Positions 49,649 to 59,886 of a stretch of DNA of 64,000 nt are shown piece after piece. The notes under the pieces were generated by a model. The model was not told where the DNA came from. It ran no database searches and saw only the letters and a program-made list of their open reading frames with translations. A program made the translations under genes and the position numbers. How positions within the stretch are numbered: position 1 is the stretch's first letter; each line of letters begins with the position of its first letter. Source of the DNA: Dehalococcoidia bacterium (GTDB lineage: Bacteria > Chloroflexota > Dehalococcoidia > GIF9 > AB-539-J10); contig JAGGVQ010000010.1 of assembly GCA_021157895.1 (NCBI GenBank), forward strand, positions 3,394 through 67,393, given 5' to 3'.

Positions 49649-50293
49649 ATGACTAAGGTTTTAGTTCAATGCGATTTCGATGGTACAATAACCAACGACG
49701 ATACCAGTTTCGCTCTCCTGGACACCTTTGCTCAGGGAGATTGGCAAAAGCTACTACGGCAATACAAAGAACATAAAATCTCTGTCGGTGAGTTCAACTC
49801 CAACGCCTTCGCTATGGTAAAAGCCAGCAAACACACATTACTGGAGTTCCTCAAGAAGGAAGGAAAAGCTCAAATAAGACCAGGCTTCCGAGATTTTGTC
49901 AGCTATTGTGCTAGAAAAAATTTCAGGCTAGTTATCACGAGCAATGGACTGGATTTTTACATAAGGGCAATACTGGAATATCTCAAGCTCGACCACATTG
50001 AGGTACACGCAGCACAGAACACCTTTCACTCCAGCGGTATCCATGTCCAATATGTTGGACTTAACGGGAAGCTTTTGAATGAGGGGTTAAAGGAAGCATT
50101 TATTAAATCCTTCCTGGCAGAAGGTTACAACGTGATATACATTGGCAACGGTGACTCAGATATACCAGCGGCAAAATATGCTACGCACTTATTCGCCATA
50201 GGGGACTTACTGGACTATTGCAAACAAAACCATCTCGAATGCAAACCATTCAAAACCTTTAACGACATCATGGAACAGCTTGATAGTATGTAA
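49649..50293 (+). CDS. HAD-superfamily phosphatase, MtnX/phosphoserine-phosphatase-like subfamily
   Basis: Contains motif I (CDFDGTIT), motif II (ITSNG) and motif III (GNGDSD). Length is about 214 aa. Confidence 0.7.
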   Translation: MTKVLVQCDFDGTITNDDTSFALLDTFAQGDWQKLLRQYKEHKISVGEFNSNAFAMVKASKHTLLEFLKKEGKAQIRPGFRDFVSYCARKNFRLVITSNGLDFYIRAILEYLKLDHIEVHAAQNTFHSSGIHVQYVGLNGKLLNEGLKEAFIKSFLAEGYNVIYIGNGDSDIPAAKYATHLFAIGDLLDYCKQNHLECKPFKTFNDIMEQLDSM

Positions 50294-50410
50294 ATTATCT
50301 GCTGTTATCTCAGGCAGTCATACTAAATTAATTTGGAATCTCAAATGAAAACCTAATTCGGTTTTTGCCACCATAATAAACAGATTACCGTTAGTAACCT
50401 ATAACATGCA

Positions 50411-50629
50411 TTAACTCCCTGAGCATGTAAAAGCCCCTTGCTTCATCTTCACCCACTCCCCTTCGTGATTACCAATCAAATTACCGCACTGACATTTAAC
50501 TTCAGCCCCATCTCGAACACTATAGTCCTTCATTATCCGATTATCCCAGCAATGCCACAACCGACCCTTACTAATCTTCACGTATCTAAATACTTTAGCC
50601 TCACATTCAGCACATTTTATTACCATCAT
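50411..50629 (-). CDS. hypothetical Cys-rich zinc-ribbon mini-protein (72 aa)
   Basis: It has knuckles CAEC (6-9) and CQC (46-48), plus C27 and C69. Its start lies 2 nt downstream of the radical SAM stop. Confidence 0.5.
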   Translation of the reverse strand: MMVIKCAECEAKVFRYVKISKGRLWHCWDNRIMKDYSVRDGAEVKCQCGNLIGNHEGEWVKMKQGAFTCSGS

Positions 50630-50631
50630 CC

Positions 50632-51585
50632 TTACCTGCCAGATAATTTCCGCATGTAAAATCTATTACCCAAGTACTCCGTCTCTACAAGTTTACCTTC
50701 ATCAATTAATTTTCTGACTACATCCCAACTAGCTGAGGCTTTACACAAAAACTCGTCAACTCCCTCTGCTCTCATGGGATGTACCGAGGCAATGCCGAGC
50801 AAATCATTCTCCACATCACCACTAAAAGCAAAAGCACTGCCCTCATACCCAATTAAATACTCTACACTGGCTACACTTTGACTGAAGATGTGGTACGCCA
50901 TGCTTATTGACTGTTCATCAACGGCTTGTACTCCCTGCTTTGCCGGCGGCCGTGTAGGAATAGCAAGATAAGCTCTGTCCGGCTGTAACCTCTCTAGAAA
51001 ATTAGCTATATCTTCAATTTCTTCATGACTATCATTCATCCCCTGAATAAGCATGGTTTCAGTAGTTATCTCACCATGAAAGCTGTGAGCAAATTCAAGT
51101 ATGCCCTGTAGAATTTCCGCCAGTTGTAAAGATTTGTGAGGCCTATCAATCTGGTGCCATATCGTCTCAGAGATGGCATCTATTTTCAGGGAAATCCAGT
51201 TAGCCCTTGCCAAATCGTGCCTGACATCCTGACGATATAATAGAGATGAGTTGGTAATAACAGCAATATCAATACCTAGAGGTTGCAGTCTTTCGATTTC
51301 TTCGCCAAGACGAGCATCCAGGGTAGGTTCCCCATCAGGAACAAAAGTTAGATAGTTCACTGGTTCGTTTCGGGCCTTAGCCTGTCGCAGTTTTTGCTCA
51401 ACATCACCTATCAAGTCATCTGTCTCATAGAAATAATCACGCTTCGCCTGCATGGTCAAAGTTCTCCCCAGCTGGCAATACACGCATGCATAAGTACATA
51501 CTTTTGGAGGAATGTTATTTATCCCCAGGCTGCGTCCTAAGCGCCTAGAGGGAACTGGACCAAAAGCTTTCATCATTACATCCAT
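50632..51585 (-). CDS. radical SAM protein (COG0731-like, function unknown)
   Basis: GPVPSRRLGRSLGIN is followed by the CX3CX2C cluster CTYACVYC. It also has FVPDGEPTL and LAIPTRPP. No SPASM-type C-terminal cysteines are present. Confidence 0.85.
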   Translation of the reverse strand: MDVMMKAFGPVPSRRLGRSLGINNIPPKVCTYACVYCQLGRTLTMQAKRDYFYETDDLIGDVEQKLRQAKARNEPVNYLTFVPDGEPTLDARLGEEIERLQPLGIDIAVITNSSLLYRQDVRHDLARANWISLKIDAISETIWHQIDRPHKSLQLAEILQGILEFAHSFHGEITTETMLIQGMNDSHEEIEDIANFLERLQPDRAYLAIPTRPPAKQGVQAVDEQSISMAYHIFSQSVASVEYLIGYEGSAFAFSGDVENDLLGIASVHPMRAEGVDEFLCKASASWDVVRKLIDEGKLVETEYLGNRFYMRKLSGR

Positions 51586-51617
51586 ATAAGATTTACCACA
51601 TAGTTCCCTTTTGCTGC

Positions 51618-54461
51618 TCAGGATACTTTATCAAGCAATACGTCATGCAAATATTGTCCAGTGATTGAGGTCTTTGAGCATGCCACTTCTTCTGGAGTGC
51701 CAGCAGCTAAGAGATAGCCTCCTTTATCACCAGCTCCTGGCCCCAAATCAATGACCCAGTCAGCATTCTTGACTACATCCAAGTGATGTTCAATAACAAC
51801 CACTGTATTGCCAGCATCTACCAGTCTGTGTAATACCTGTAGCAGGCAGGCAATGTCGGGAAAGGAAAGACCTGTGGTCGGCTCATCAAGAACGTAAAGG
51901 GTGTTACCAGTAGCACGCCGGGATAACTCACTGGAAAGCTTTACCCTCTGCGCTTCCCCTCCAGACAAAGTGGGCGCCGGCTGCCCCAAACAGATATATC
52001 CTAAGCCTACATCTCGAAGCGTCTCCAGTCGATTCCTCACCTTGGGAAAATGTTCAAAAAAGGACAAAGCTTCATCCACAGTCATGTCCAAAATTTCGGC
52101 GATGTTTTTACCCCTAAAATATATCTCCAAGGCCTCTCGATTATACCTCTTCCCGGCACAAACCTCGCAGGGAACAGTGACACTGGGCAAAAACTGCATC
52201 TCAACCTGAACATAACCAGCACCCTGACAGGCCTCACACCTGCCACCCTTGACATTAAAAGAGAAGCGTCCCATCGAATAACCACGCATCCTTGCCTCAG
52301 GAACTTGAGCAAAAAGCTCCCGAATAGGGGTAAAAGTCCCAGTATAGGTAGCAGGATTACTGCGCGGCGTACGACCAATCGGAGACTGGTCAATATTAAC
52401 CACCTTATCAATATATTCTATACCCAGAATCCCATCACACCTGCCCGGTATTTCCTTGGCCCGATAGAATGCTCGGGCTAACATCTTATAGAGCACCTCA
52501 TCAATAAGAGAACTCTTGCCACTCCCTGATACTCCCGTAATACACACAAGTTTACCTAAAGGTATACGCACATCTATATGCTTGAGGTTGTTTTCCGCCG
52601 CTCCCCGAATTAGCAACTCCTTTGCTGAACCAGGGCGGCGCTGCCGAGGTACCGGTATTTCCTTAACCTTGCTAAGATATTGCCCCGTTATTGACTTAGG
52701 AGAATTCACGATATCTGATAAACTGCCACAAGTCACGATTTCTCCCCCTTGTTTACCAGCGCCCGGTCCCATATCAACTATGTGATCAGCAGCTCTCATC
52801 ATAGCCTCATCATGTTCCACCACAATCACAGTATTATCTAAATCTCGAAGTCGTTTAAGTGTCCTAATAAGCTTGGAGCCATCAGCAGGATGCAAACCAA
52901 CTGTTGGCTCATCGCAGATATAAAGAACACCGGTAAGTCCACTCCCAATCTGGGTAGCCAGTCTTATTCTCTGTGCTTCTCCTCCACTTAGAGTTGTAGA
53001 TCTTCTGTCCAGAGTGAGATATCCCAAGCCTATACCTTGAAGGAAGCCTAACCTGCTATGAATTTCTCGGACAATTTGATCAGCTATGGTGATTTCTCGT
53101 GAACTGATGTGCCCAGACAATTGCTTCACCCATTCTAGTGCCCCCACAACCGATAGAGCAGCAACCTCAATAATATTGTTACCGGTAACACTAACAGATA
53201 GTGACTCTGGCTTTAATCTTTTTCCCTGGCAGGTGGAACATGGCCGAGACAACATATACCTTCCAATATCAACTCTGACACTATCAGATTCAGTTTCCCT
53301 GAACCTTCGCTCCAGATTGGGCAGCACCCCTTCAAAACTAGTGTAGTGCCGCTGCATCCTACCATGACTATCCAGATATCTGACAGGAAGCTCATCACCA
53401 TTGTTGCCATAAAGAATTAACCTCGTCTGCTCCTTAGTTAAATCCTTGACCGGGGTAAATAAAGAAAATCCAAAACGTTGTGCCAAGGAACCAAGTATAT
53501 TCTGATACCAAGAGCTCATAATTCCATTCCGCGACCATGGCACAATAGCCCCTTCGGCAAGACTTAATTCTTTGTCAGGTATAACAGAATCAGGGTCAAC
53601 CTCTAGTTTATAGCCCAAGCCCCCACAAGCAGGACACGCACCATGGGGGCTATTAAAACTAAACGTCCTGGGTTCAATCTCCCCCAAGCTAATACCACAG
53701 TAGGGACAAGCAAAATGTTCAGAAAAAAGTAACTCCAAGCCTCCAGTAGTAGAAACATGAATCATGCCAGAACCAAATTTAAGTGCTGTCTCCACAGAAT
53801 CCGCCAAGCGATTAGCGTTCTCAGCCAGACCAGCTTGTAGCCGGTCAACCACGACCTCTATGGAATGCCTCTTATTCTTATCCAGATAAAGCTCGTCAGA
53901 GAGGTCATGTATCTGACCATCGACTCGAGCCCTGACAAAGCCTGCCTTCTGCAAACCCTGAAACATAGATCGAAACTCCCCCTTACGATCTCTAACCAAA
54001 GGTCCCAGAATCATAATATGCTGGCCCGCTGGTATTTCCTGGATGGCATCAACAATCTGCTGTGTCGTCTGGCGATGAACTTCACGACCACACTTGGGAC
54101 AATGAGGATGTCCAATGCGAGCAAACAGAAGGCGCAGGTAATCATAAATCTCGGTTACTGTCCCTACAGTGGATCGTGGATTGTGAGATGGCCCCTTGCG
54201 GTCAATAGATATAGCTGGACTCAATCCTTCAATATAATCAACATCCGGCTTGACCAACCGTCCTAAGAACTGACGAGCATAAGCAGAGAGAGACTCAACA
54301 TACCGGCGTTGACCTTCAGCATATATAGTATCGAAGGCTAATGAGCTTTTGCCTGAGCCAGAAACACCAGTGATCACCACAAGTTTATTCTTGGGTATGG
54401 TCACATCTATTTCTTTCAGGTTGTGCTCCCTGGCACCCTTAATAATTATTGCAGATGGCAT
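51618..54461 (-). CDS. uvrA: excinuclease ABC subunit A
   Basis: It has two ABC modules ([10 protein letters not shown] twice, LSGGEAQR twice) and zinc-finger CxxC pairs. Length is 947 aa. Confidence 0.97.
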   Translation of the reverse strand: MPSAIIIKGAREHNLKEIDVTIPKNKLVVITGVSGSGKSSLAFDTIYAEGQRRYVESLSAYARQFLGRLVKPDVDYIEGLSPAISIDRKGPSHNPRSTVGTVTEIYDYLRLLFARIGHPHCPKCGREVHRQTTQQIVDAIQEIPAGQHIMILGPLVRDRKGEFRSMFQGLQKAGFVRARVDGQIHDLSDELYLDKNKRHSIEVVVDRLQAGLAENANRLADSVETALKFGSGMIHVSTTGGLELLFSEHFACPYCGISLGEIEPRTFSFNSPHGACPACGGLGYKLEVDPDSVIPDKELSLAEGAIVPWSRNGIMSSWYQNILGSLAQRFGFSLFTPVKDLTKEQTRLILYGNNGDELPVRYLDSHGRMQRHYTSFEGVLPNLERRFRETESDSVRVDIGRYMLSRPCSTCQGKRLKPESLSVSVTGNNIIEVAALSVVGALEWVKQLSGHISSREITIADQIVREIHSRLGFLQGIGLGYLTLDRRSTTLSGGEAQRIRLATQIGSGLTGVLYICDEPTVGLHPADGSKLIRTLKRLRDLDNTVIVVEHDEAMMRAADHIVDMGPGAGKQGGEIVTCGSLSDIVNSPKSITGQYLSKVKEIPVPRQRRPGSAKELLIRGAAENNLKHIDVRIPLGKLVCITGVSGSGKSSLIDEVLYKMLARAFYRAKEIPGRCDGILGIEYIDKVVNIDQSPIGRTPRSNPATYTGTFTPIRELFAQVPEARMRGYSMGRFSFNVKGGRCEACQGAGYVQVEMQFLPSVTVPCEVCAGKRYNREALEIYFRGKNIAEILDMTVDEALSFFEHFPKVRNRLETLRDVGLGYICLGQPAPTLSGGEAQRVKLSSELSRRATGNTLYVLDEPTTGLSFPDIACLLQVLHRLVDAGNTVVVIEHHLDVVKNADWVIDLGPGAGDKGGYLLAAGTPEEVACSKTSITGQYLHDVLLDKVS

Positions 54462-54474
54462 AACAACTCATTGT

Positions 54475-54504
54475 ATTCTAGCACCCGCATTAATCCCTAT
54501 CCAA
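54475..54504 (-). promoter_or_regulatory. candidate uvrA promoter
   Basis: On the minus strand: TTGGAT, an 18-nt spacer, then TGcTAGAAT (extended -10). It ends 13 nt before the uvrA ATG, implying a very short leader. Confidence 0.35.
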
Positions 54505-54600
54505 AAACTGGCATCTGGACAATTTTTCTTTCATCACATGAATTTATGCTGTGAACAAATCCTTCGCAGATATAGGATACCTAAACCTAGAGTAAAGTAG

Positions 54601-54637
54601 GAAAAAACAAAGCCCCCTGGCTCTCACCAAGGGGCTT
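54601..54637 (-). terminator. rho-independent terminator of hppA
   Basis: Minus-strand RNA reads AAGCCCCUUGG-UGAGAG-CCAGGGGGCUU, an 11-bp stem with one G-U, followed by UGUUUUUUC. It lies 31 nt after the hppA stop. Confidence 0.7.
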
Positions 54638-54668
54638 ACCAAAAGCTAGCTAAACGCTATGTGGGTTG

Positions 54669-56876
54669 TTACAAGATCCATAAGGGACAAAGCACCAGAG
54701 TCACTGTAGCTATAAGCTTAGCCACAATGTGCAGGGAAGGACCAATTGTATCCTTAAGAGGATCACCTACGGTATCACCCACCACACCAGCCGCATGAGC
54801 AGGTGAACCTTTAGGCAGAACATTTCCATTCTCATCTTTAAGCTGTCCATCCTCAATATACTTCTTGGCGTTATCCCATGCACCACCACCATTATTCATG
54901 AATGAGGCCATAAGAATCGAGGCAATAGTACCCACCATAAGAAAGGCTCCCACTGCCATGGGCGCATCATAACCAGGGATAAGTTTGAAAATAACCCCTA
55001 CCAGGATAGGAAGAAGTATAGGAAGCATTCCAGGGAGAATCATGCCTTTTAATGCCGCCCTAGTAGTGATATCAACAGCTCGAGCATAATCAGGCTTAGA
55101 AGTTCCCGCCATGATTCCTGGGTCAGATTTTATCTGGCGGCGAACCTCGTCAATAATCTTGCCGGCTGCACTGCTAACTGACTTAAGCCCCCAGGAACTG
55201 AACAGAAACACCATCATGATAGCAACAACAGCGCCAATGAAAACCTCAGGACGAACAAGATTCACGTCAAAAATGATCCCTCCCTTGCCCTGAAAAAGCA
55301 AGACCCGGTCAAAATAAGCCTGGAAGAGCAGAAATCCAGCAAGGCCTGCTGAAATCATAGCATATCCCTTGGTCAAAGCCTTGGTGGTATTTCCGGTAGC
55401 ATCAAGATGGTCTGTGATTCTCCTAATATCAGCACCCGCATGAGTAAACTCATTAATACCATTGGCATTATCTGTTATAGGCCCAAAGGTATCCTCAGCC
55501 AGAATAAAGGGACAGGTCATCAACATTCCCATAGTAGCTATTGCAGAGCCATAAGCGCCACTCACCCACCAAGGAAGATCCAATCCAGCATTCGTGCCAA
55601 ACCAGTACGAGACAAGAAGGGCAACCCCAATAATCAATGCAGTAGGCAGAACGCTTTCAAAGCCTGCAGATATGCCTGTTACAACAGTAGTTGCCGGGCC
55701 AGTCTTGCAAGCCTCAGCAATACTTCTAGTTGGTTTGAAACGAGCCTCCGTATAGTATTGCGTAACGTACACAACAAGCACACTGAACAGCAGTCCAATA
55801 AGACCAGCTCCCATGAGCCAGGGCCAGCCCGTGGGAAGCATGGGAGCAAACATCACCCTGGAGACAATAAATACTCCCAGAGCACTAAACCCTAGAGCAA
55901 TATAATAACCACGATTAAGGGCATTCATCGGATTCTCAGTTTCCCCACGTGTATGTACCCCCAATATGCCAAACATACTGGCAAGGATACCAAAGCCACG
56001 AATGACCAGAGGAAACAGTACCCATCCAACAGCAAGACTGGGAGAGAAACCCGCTTTCAAGCTTACTGCGTATAGGGCTACCCCTATTATCATAGCCCCG
56101 ATATTCTCAGCTGCCGTAGACTCGAACAAATCTGCTCCACGGCCAGCGCAGTCGCCTACATTATCTCCTACCAGGTCAGCAATAACTGCTGCATTGCGAG
56201 GATCATCCTCGGGAATTCCAGCCTCAACCTTTCCCGCGAGGTCAGCCCCCATATCAGCAGCCTTGGTATAAATACCACCCCCAAGCTGTGCAAACAGGGC
56301 TACCATACTGGCTCCAAAGCCAAAACCAACGATTATGTGAGGGGCAATCTCAGGGTGGCTAGCACCCCCAAATGCAAAGAATATTGCCGTTACTCCCAGC
56401 AAACTCAGGGCAATAACCAGAAATCCCGAGACGGCGCCACCACGAAGAGCCACCATGATCGCCTGATTTAGCCCATGGTGCGAAGCTGCAGCACAACGCA
56501 CATTGGATTTAACTGCAATTAGCATACCCACAAAGCCAGAGAGAGCAGAACAAAAAGCCCCTGCCAAGAAGGCAACTGCAGTTCTCCACCCTAATCCGAA
56601 AGCTGTGAGTCCCAACATTTGCAACTCCTCATCACTGCTCAACACTCCAAGGAGAATTCCAATCCCTACCGCTACCACCAGGGCAGTTATGCCAATAGTG
56701 GTATATTGGCGCTTGAGAAAAGCCCAGGCCCCCTCAGTTATCATGGCATTAACATTCTGCATCTCCTTGCTGCCAGGATCGGCTCTCATGATGTACCTGA
56801 CAAGATATAAGGCGAAAAGCACACCAATGCCTCCCCCTACGAGCACCATCCAAAAAATCCCCGGAATTTGTGACAT
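54669..56876 (-). CDS. hppA: membrane-bound proton/sodium-translocating pyrophosphatase
   Basis: A 735-aa protein with about 16 TM segments and GGGIYTKAADMGADLAGKVE, DNVGDCAGRGADLFES and GDTVGDPLKDT motifs. Confidence 0.95.
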   Translation of the reverse strand: MSQIPGIFWMVLVGGGIGVLFALYLVRYIMRADPGSKEMQNVNAMITEGAWAFLKRQYTTIGITALVVAVGIGILLGVLSSDEELQMLGLTAFGLGWRTAVAFLAGAFCSALSGFVGMLIAVKSNVRCAAASHHGLNQAIMVALRGGAVSGFLVIALSLLGVTAIFFAFGGASHPEIAPHIIVGFGFGASMVALFAQLGGGIYTKAADMGADLAGKVEAGIPEDDPRNAAVIADLVGDNVGDCAGRGADLFESTAAENIGAMIIGVALYAVSLKAGFSPSLAVGWVLFPLVIRGFGILASMFGILGVHTRGETENPMNALNRGYYIALGFSALGVFIVSRVMFAPMLPTGWPWLMGAGLIGLLFSVLVVYVTQYYTEARFKPTRSIAEACKTGPATTVVTGISAGFESVLPTALIIGVALLVSYWFGTNAGLDLPWWVSGAYGSAIATMGMLMTCPFILAEDTFGPITDNANGINEFTHAGADIRRITDHLDATGNTTKALTKGYAMISAGLAGFLLFQAYFDRVLLFQGKGGIIFDVNLVRPEVFIGAVVAIMMVFLFSSWGLKSVSSAAGKIIDEVRRQIKSDPGIMAGTSKPDYARAVDITTRAALKGMILPGMLPILLPILVGVIFKLIPGYDAPMAVGAFLMVGTIASILMASFMNNGGGAWDNAKKYIEDGQLKDENGNVLPKGSPAHAAGVVGDTVGDPLKDTIGPSLHIVAKLIATVTLVLCPLWIL

Positions 56877-56920
56877 AGCCTAACTCCTTTTCATGTAATC
56901 CCAGTTCAATATAAATATGT

Positions 56921-56961
56921 GAAAACAAAAAGATGGACACTCAACCAAAGATCGAGTGCCC
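56921..56961 (-). terminator. rho-independent terminator after the FmdB-thiE-translin operon
   Basis: Minus-strand RNA reads GGGCACUC-(11-nt loop)-GAGUGUCC, an 8-bp stem with one G-U, followed by AUCUUUUUGUUUUC. Confidence 0.55.
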
Positions 56962-57074
56962 ATATATTCGCTACCCCTATCAAGCTTGTAGCACATCACA
57001 AGAGTCACAATTTAACACCAAGGAGCAATATCTGTCAATACCTTTTCCTTACTACCCAGAATGGCCTATCAGAT

Positions 57075-57674
57075 TCACTCCGATAGTCTTTGTATCAGGG
57101 CCATGGCTAAATCCCCCATGGTTCTTTCTACAGTGCCCCTCACTGCGTCTGATGTATGCCTTAATCCATGAGTAAGAGCTTCAGGAAAGTCCACGAGCAT
57201 CAGTACCCCATAAATATCATCCATGGTATTTAGCAAATCCTCTCCATGAGATAAATCACCTCTGCGCAGGCTGTCAAACAAATATCGTCTGAGCTCTCCA
57301 GCTGTTTCCCCCCGTCCATTCAAATAAGCTGCATGGCTGACCCCTATTTCATCAGGCCCAGGCATCTCCTCACCATATACCAACGCCAGAGAAATATACC
57401 CTTCAGCAAACTCCTTCTGTGCATCATGCACGAAACCTGAGTGGACTAATTCGTAATGCTTCCCAAAATCCTCATTTATGGAGTGCACCAATTCCTGGGT
57501 TGAATTAAGAAGTTCCCGAGCCTTGTCTTGTTCCTGACGGTGTACAACTCGTATGACATTAGCACTATTCCTAACAATCTGGCGGCACCGACATAGAATT
57601 TGTTCCCGCGCTCTCTCCTCAGTCTCAAAGAAATCAAAGGACTGTTTGGTAATAATATCTAACTCTCTCCTCAC
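57075..57674 (-). CDS. translin-family protein
   Basis: AYLNGRGETAGELRRYLFDSLRRGD matches the translin YLxGxxDxxGELxR...GD block, and the C-terminal LRHTSDAVRGTVERTMGDL resembles the translin C-terminal helix. A GTG start shares one base with the thiE stop (TAGTG). Confidence 0.65.
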   Translation of the reverse strand: MRRELDIITKQSFDFFETEERAREQILCRCRQIVRNSANVIRVVHRQEQDKARELLNSTQELVHSINEDFGKHYELVHSGFVHDAQKEFAEGYISLALVYGEEMPGPDEIGVSHAAYLNGRGETAGELRRYLFDSLRRGDLSHGEDLLNTMDDIYGVLMLVDFPEALTHGLRHTSDAVRGTVERTMGDLAMALIQRLSE

Positions 57675-58753
57675 TACAACTCTCCTCCTGTTAAATCAAT
57701 TTGAGAAATCAACTGTCTTGTAGCCCTAGCCACATCATCCTTAGCCAACACCGCCTTGCTCACAGCGATGCAATCCGCACCAGCACTTACTACCTGATGA
57801 ACATTATCCTCATTGATCCCTCCGATGGCAACCACAGGAAAACTGACTATCCGTTTAACCTGCCTCAACACAGGTACGCCAACAACAGCAGCACTCCTTT
57901 TCGTCGCCGAGGCAAACATCGAACCCACGGCAATATAATCTGCCCCACAGCTTTGTGCCTGTACTGCCTGAGGAACCGTATGAACAGAGCATCCTATAAT
58001 CTTATCCAGAGGCAACTCACGCCTGGTTCCTGCTAGAGGTAAATCCTCTTGGCCAAGGTGAAGCCCATCCGCATTCACCAATAGGGCTAAGTCAAGATAA
58101 TCATTCACGATAAACAGGACACCCGCATCAGCACACAGGTCTTTGAGCTTTTGTGCTATATGAAACAATTCACGCTTGCTGCTACACTTATCTCGAAGTT
58201 GAATCACATTGGCACCACCTTGAATAACCTGAGTCGCTATCTTCACCACATCCCTACCAGCTAAAGATTGCACATCTAAAATCACATAAAGCCCCAATAA
58301 TCGCCCCAATTTATCTTGTCGCAGTACCTTGCCCAGCAATTCCTGCTCCAGAGTATAAATGTTAAAGCGGGTTTGCTCGAACTTAGCAGAATCTAGCCCC
58401 AGGGATAATTCAGGGAGTTTAGATAACTCTTCAAGAACACGCAGGGACTCCGTTGCTCGCTTAGCGTTAGCTCTAATCAATGCTGGTAAATTCGGCTGAG
58501 TTCGCTCCTGTGACCCGGAGGCAACACTACCCTTACAGGCACCAACATCATGTTCCGAATCTCGTTGAAATACAAGTGCTACACCCAAGGACTCGGCATT
58601 CTCAACTAAACTATGACGCAAATTTTTGAGCTGCCCACTTAAAACATCATCATCAAGGCTGAAACGAGCAACATCCTCGAGGAAGCGCAAACCCTCAGAG
58701 GAACGATTGAGGTTGGCATCAATAATACGAAGATGTGGGAGAGTCACTTTCAC
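57674..58753 (-). CDS. thiE: thiamine-phosphate synthase, long form with about 140-aa N-terminal domain
   Basis: The C-terminal half is ThiE (GLYVILD, IQLRDK, DGLHLGQEDL, GGI...AVSKAV). The N-terminal IIDANLNRSSEGLRFLEDVARF domain resembles that of cyanobacterial long ThiE. Confidence 0.85.
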   Translation of the reverse strand: MKVTLPHLRIIDANLNRSSEGLRFLEDVARFSLDDDVLSGQLKNLRHSLVENAESLGVALVFQRDSEHDVGACKGSVASGSQERTQPNLPALIRANAKRATESLRVLEELSKLPELSLGLDSAKFEQTRFNIYTLEQELLGKVLRQDKLGRLLGLYVILDVQSLAGRDVVKIATQVIQGGANVIQLRDKCSSKRELFHIAQKLKDLCADAGVLFIVNDYLDLALLVNADGLHLGQEDLPLAGTRRELPLDKIIGCSVHTVPQAVQAQSCGADYIAVGSMFASATKRSAAVVGVPVLRQVKRIVSFPVVAIGGINEDNVHQVVSAGADCIAVSKAVLAKDDVARATRQLISQIDLTGGEL

Positions 58754-59091
58754 ACTCCCAACTCAGGAGGTAAAACACCTTCTCTGGCAGCGCGGATCTT
58801 CTCTTGAACCTTTGGAGGCATCTCTACTCCCATTTCTTTAACTCTCTGCTCTGTCCATCGCCCGATATTGCGGGGGTCTTTATAATAATCCTTATCCGCA
58901 TGATTTCTCGGCGGACCACTCTCATCCCAAACAGCCTGCGTAGATTTATGATAAGCAAAACTCGAGATAACGCGAACCATCTCAGAACTGCCACAAAAAG
59001 GGCATGTGGGCACAACAGGAGCTGAGATATTCCTAACCAAGACACTGCTTTTCTCATGGCAGCGCTGACAGAGAAACTCATAAATGGGCAT
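58750..59091 (-). CDS. FmdB-family zinc-ribbon protein
   Basis: MPIYEFLCQRC...CPFCGS is the FmdB/CxxC-CxxC signature. I chose the start at the ATG giving MPIYEF. Its stop overlaps the thiE start by 4 nt. Confidence 0.75.
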   Translation of the reverse strand: MPIYEFLCQRCHEKSSVLVRNISAPVVPTCPFCGSSEMVRVISSFAYHKSTQAVWDESGPPRNHADKDYYKDPRNIGRWTEQRVKEMGVEMPPKVQEKIRAAREGVLPPELGV

Positions 59092-59177
59092 GATTACAGA
59101 ATATCCTAGCACGAGTAATGGGCTAAATAAAATCAGCGTCCATCAATAATCTCAAATCATTCCTACCCAACAGCAGT

Positions 59178-59207
59178 TTGACCGCTGGGGACTCTATTAC
59201 CTATACT
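59178..59207 (+). promoter_or_regulatory. sigma70-like promoter for tRNA-Ser
   Basis: TTGACC (59178-59183), an 18-nt spacer, then TATACT (59202-59207). The tRNA starts 12 nt downstream. Confidence 0.45.
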
Positions 59208-59218
59208 TTGCTAGCAGG

Positions 59219-59308
59219 GGAGGGGTGACCGAGTGGCTTATGGTGACGGTCTTGAAAACCGTTTTCGTTGTATGACGAACGTGGGTTCAAATCCCACCCC
59301 CTCCGCCA
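59219..59308 (+). tRNA. tRNA-Ser (anticodon UGA), CCA encoded
   Basis: The acceptor GGAGGGG pairs with CCCCTCC. It has the anticodon loop CTTGAAA, a long variable arm (TTTCGTTGTATGACGAACG), the T-arm GTGGGTTCAAATCCCAC, discriminator G and a terminal CCA. Confidence 0.9.
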
Positions 59309-59322
59309 TTTCTTAAACAGAG

Positions 59323-59886
59323 CTAAGCCTTAACCCTATATTTGGCTCTGCCCTCATTGTAAAGGTCACCACCATGGATGTCATTTACTACTATCACGGG
59401 AAATCCTTTCACCTCCAATCGGAGAATAGCCTCAGGTCCTAAATCCCTGTATGCCAACACCGAAACCTTTTTTATCTTCTGAGAAAGAAGTGCGCCTATG
59501 CCACCCACAGCAGCAAAGTAAATCGCCTTACAGGACTTCATGGCAGCTCGTGCTTCTTGTGATAGCCCCCCCTTGCCAACCACTCCTTTAAGCCCTTCAT
59601 CAAGCAGGCGGGGCAAATAATCACTCATGCGGCCACTGGTGGTGGGGCCAGCAGCACCAATTACATTACCTGGCTTAGCAGGGGAAGGCCCCATAAAATA
59701 TATAGCTTGCCCCCGTATTTCAAAAGGCAAGCTCTCCCCCTTATCCAAAACACTAAATAACCTCTGGCAAGCAGCATCACGCAGGGTATACATTATGCCA
59801 TGAAGCAAAACGCTATCCCCCACATATAAATCAGCGATTGTGTCTGCCATTAGAGGCAATGATACATCTTTAGGGATATCTGTCAT
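59323..59886 (-). CDS. class I (Fe-S) fumarate hydratase / tartrate dehydratase family, beta subunit
   Basis: Contains GIMYTLRDAA, GPTTSGRMD-like GPTTSGRMS and AVGGIGAL. Length is 187 aa. It directly follows the alpha subunit. Confidence 0.85.
   Translation of the reverse strand: MTDIPKDVSLPLMADTIADLYVGDSVLLHGIMYTLRDAACQRLFSVLDKGESLPFEIRGQAIYFMGPSPAKPGNVIGAAGPTTSGRMSDYLPRLLDEGLKGVVGKGGLSQEARAAMKSCKAIYFAAVGGIGALLSQKIKKVSVLAYRDLGPEAILRLEVKGFPVIVVNDIHGGDLYNEGRAKYRVKA

Noticed and set aside
49649-50293. The HAD phosphatase as a phosphoserine phosphatase functionally linked to the SepRS pathway by controlling the O-phosphoserine pool.
   Set aside because: It lies 7 kb away in a different transcription unit. 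Its motifs fit the broader MtnX/PSP-like subfamily without specificity information. This is pure speculation.
50411-50629. The Cys-rich 72-aa ORF as a RiPP precursor (sactipeptide/ranthipeptide-like) for the adjacent radical SAM enzyme.
   Set aside because: The radical SAM protein lacks SPASM or auxiliary-cluster cysteines. No protease or exporter gene is adjacent. The CxxC...CxC spacing looks like a structural zinc ribbon. I kept it only as a minor alternative in the finding.
54462-54668. SOS (LexA/Cheo-type GAAC-N4-GTTC) operator upstream of uvrA, and likewise upstream of uvrC (2113-2183).
   Set aside because: Only half-site-like fragments are present (GAACAAATCCTTC). Neither region has a palindromic operator.
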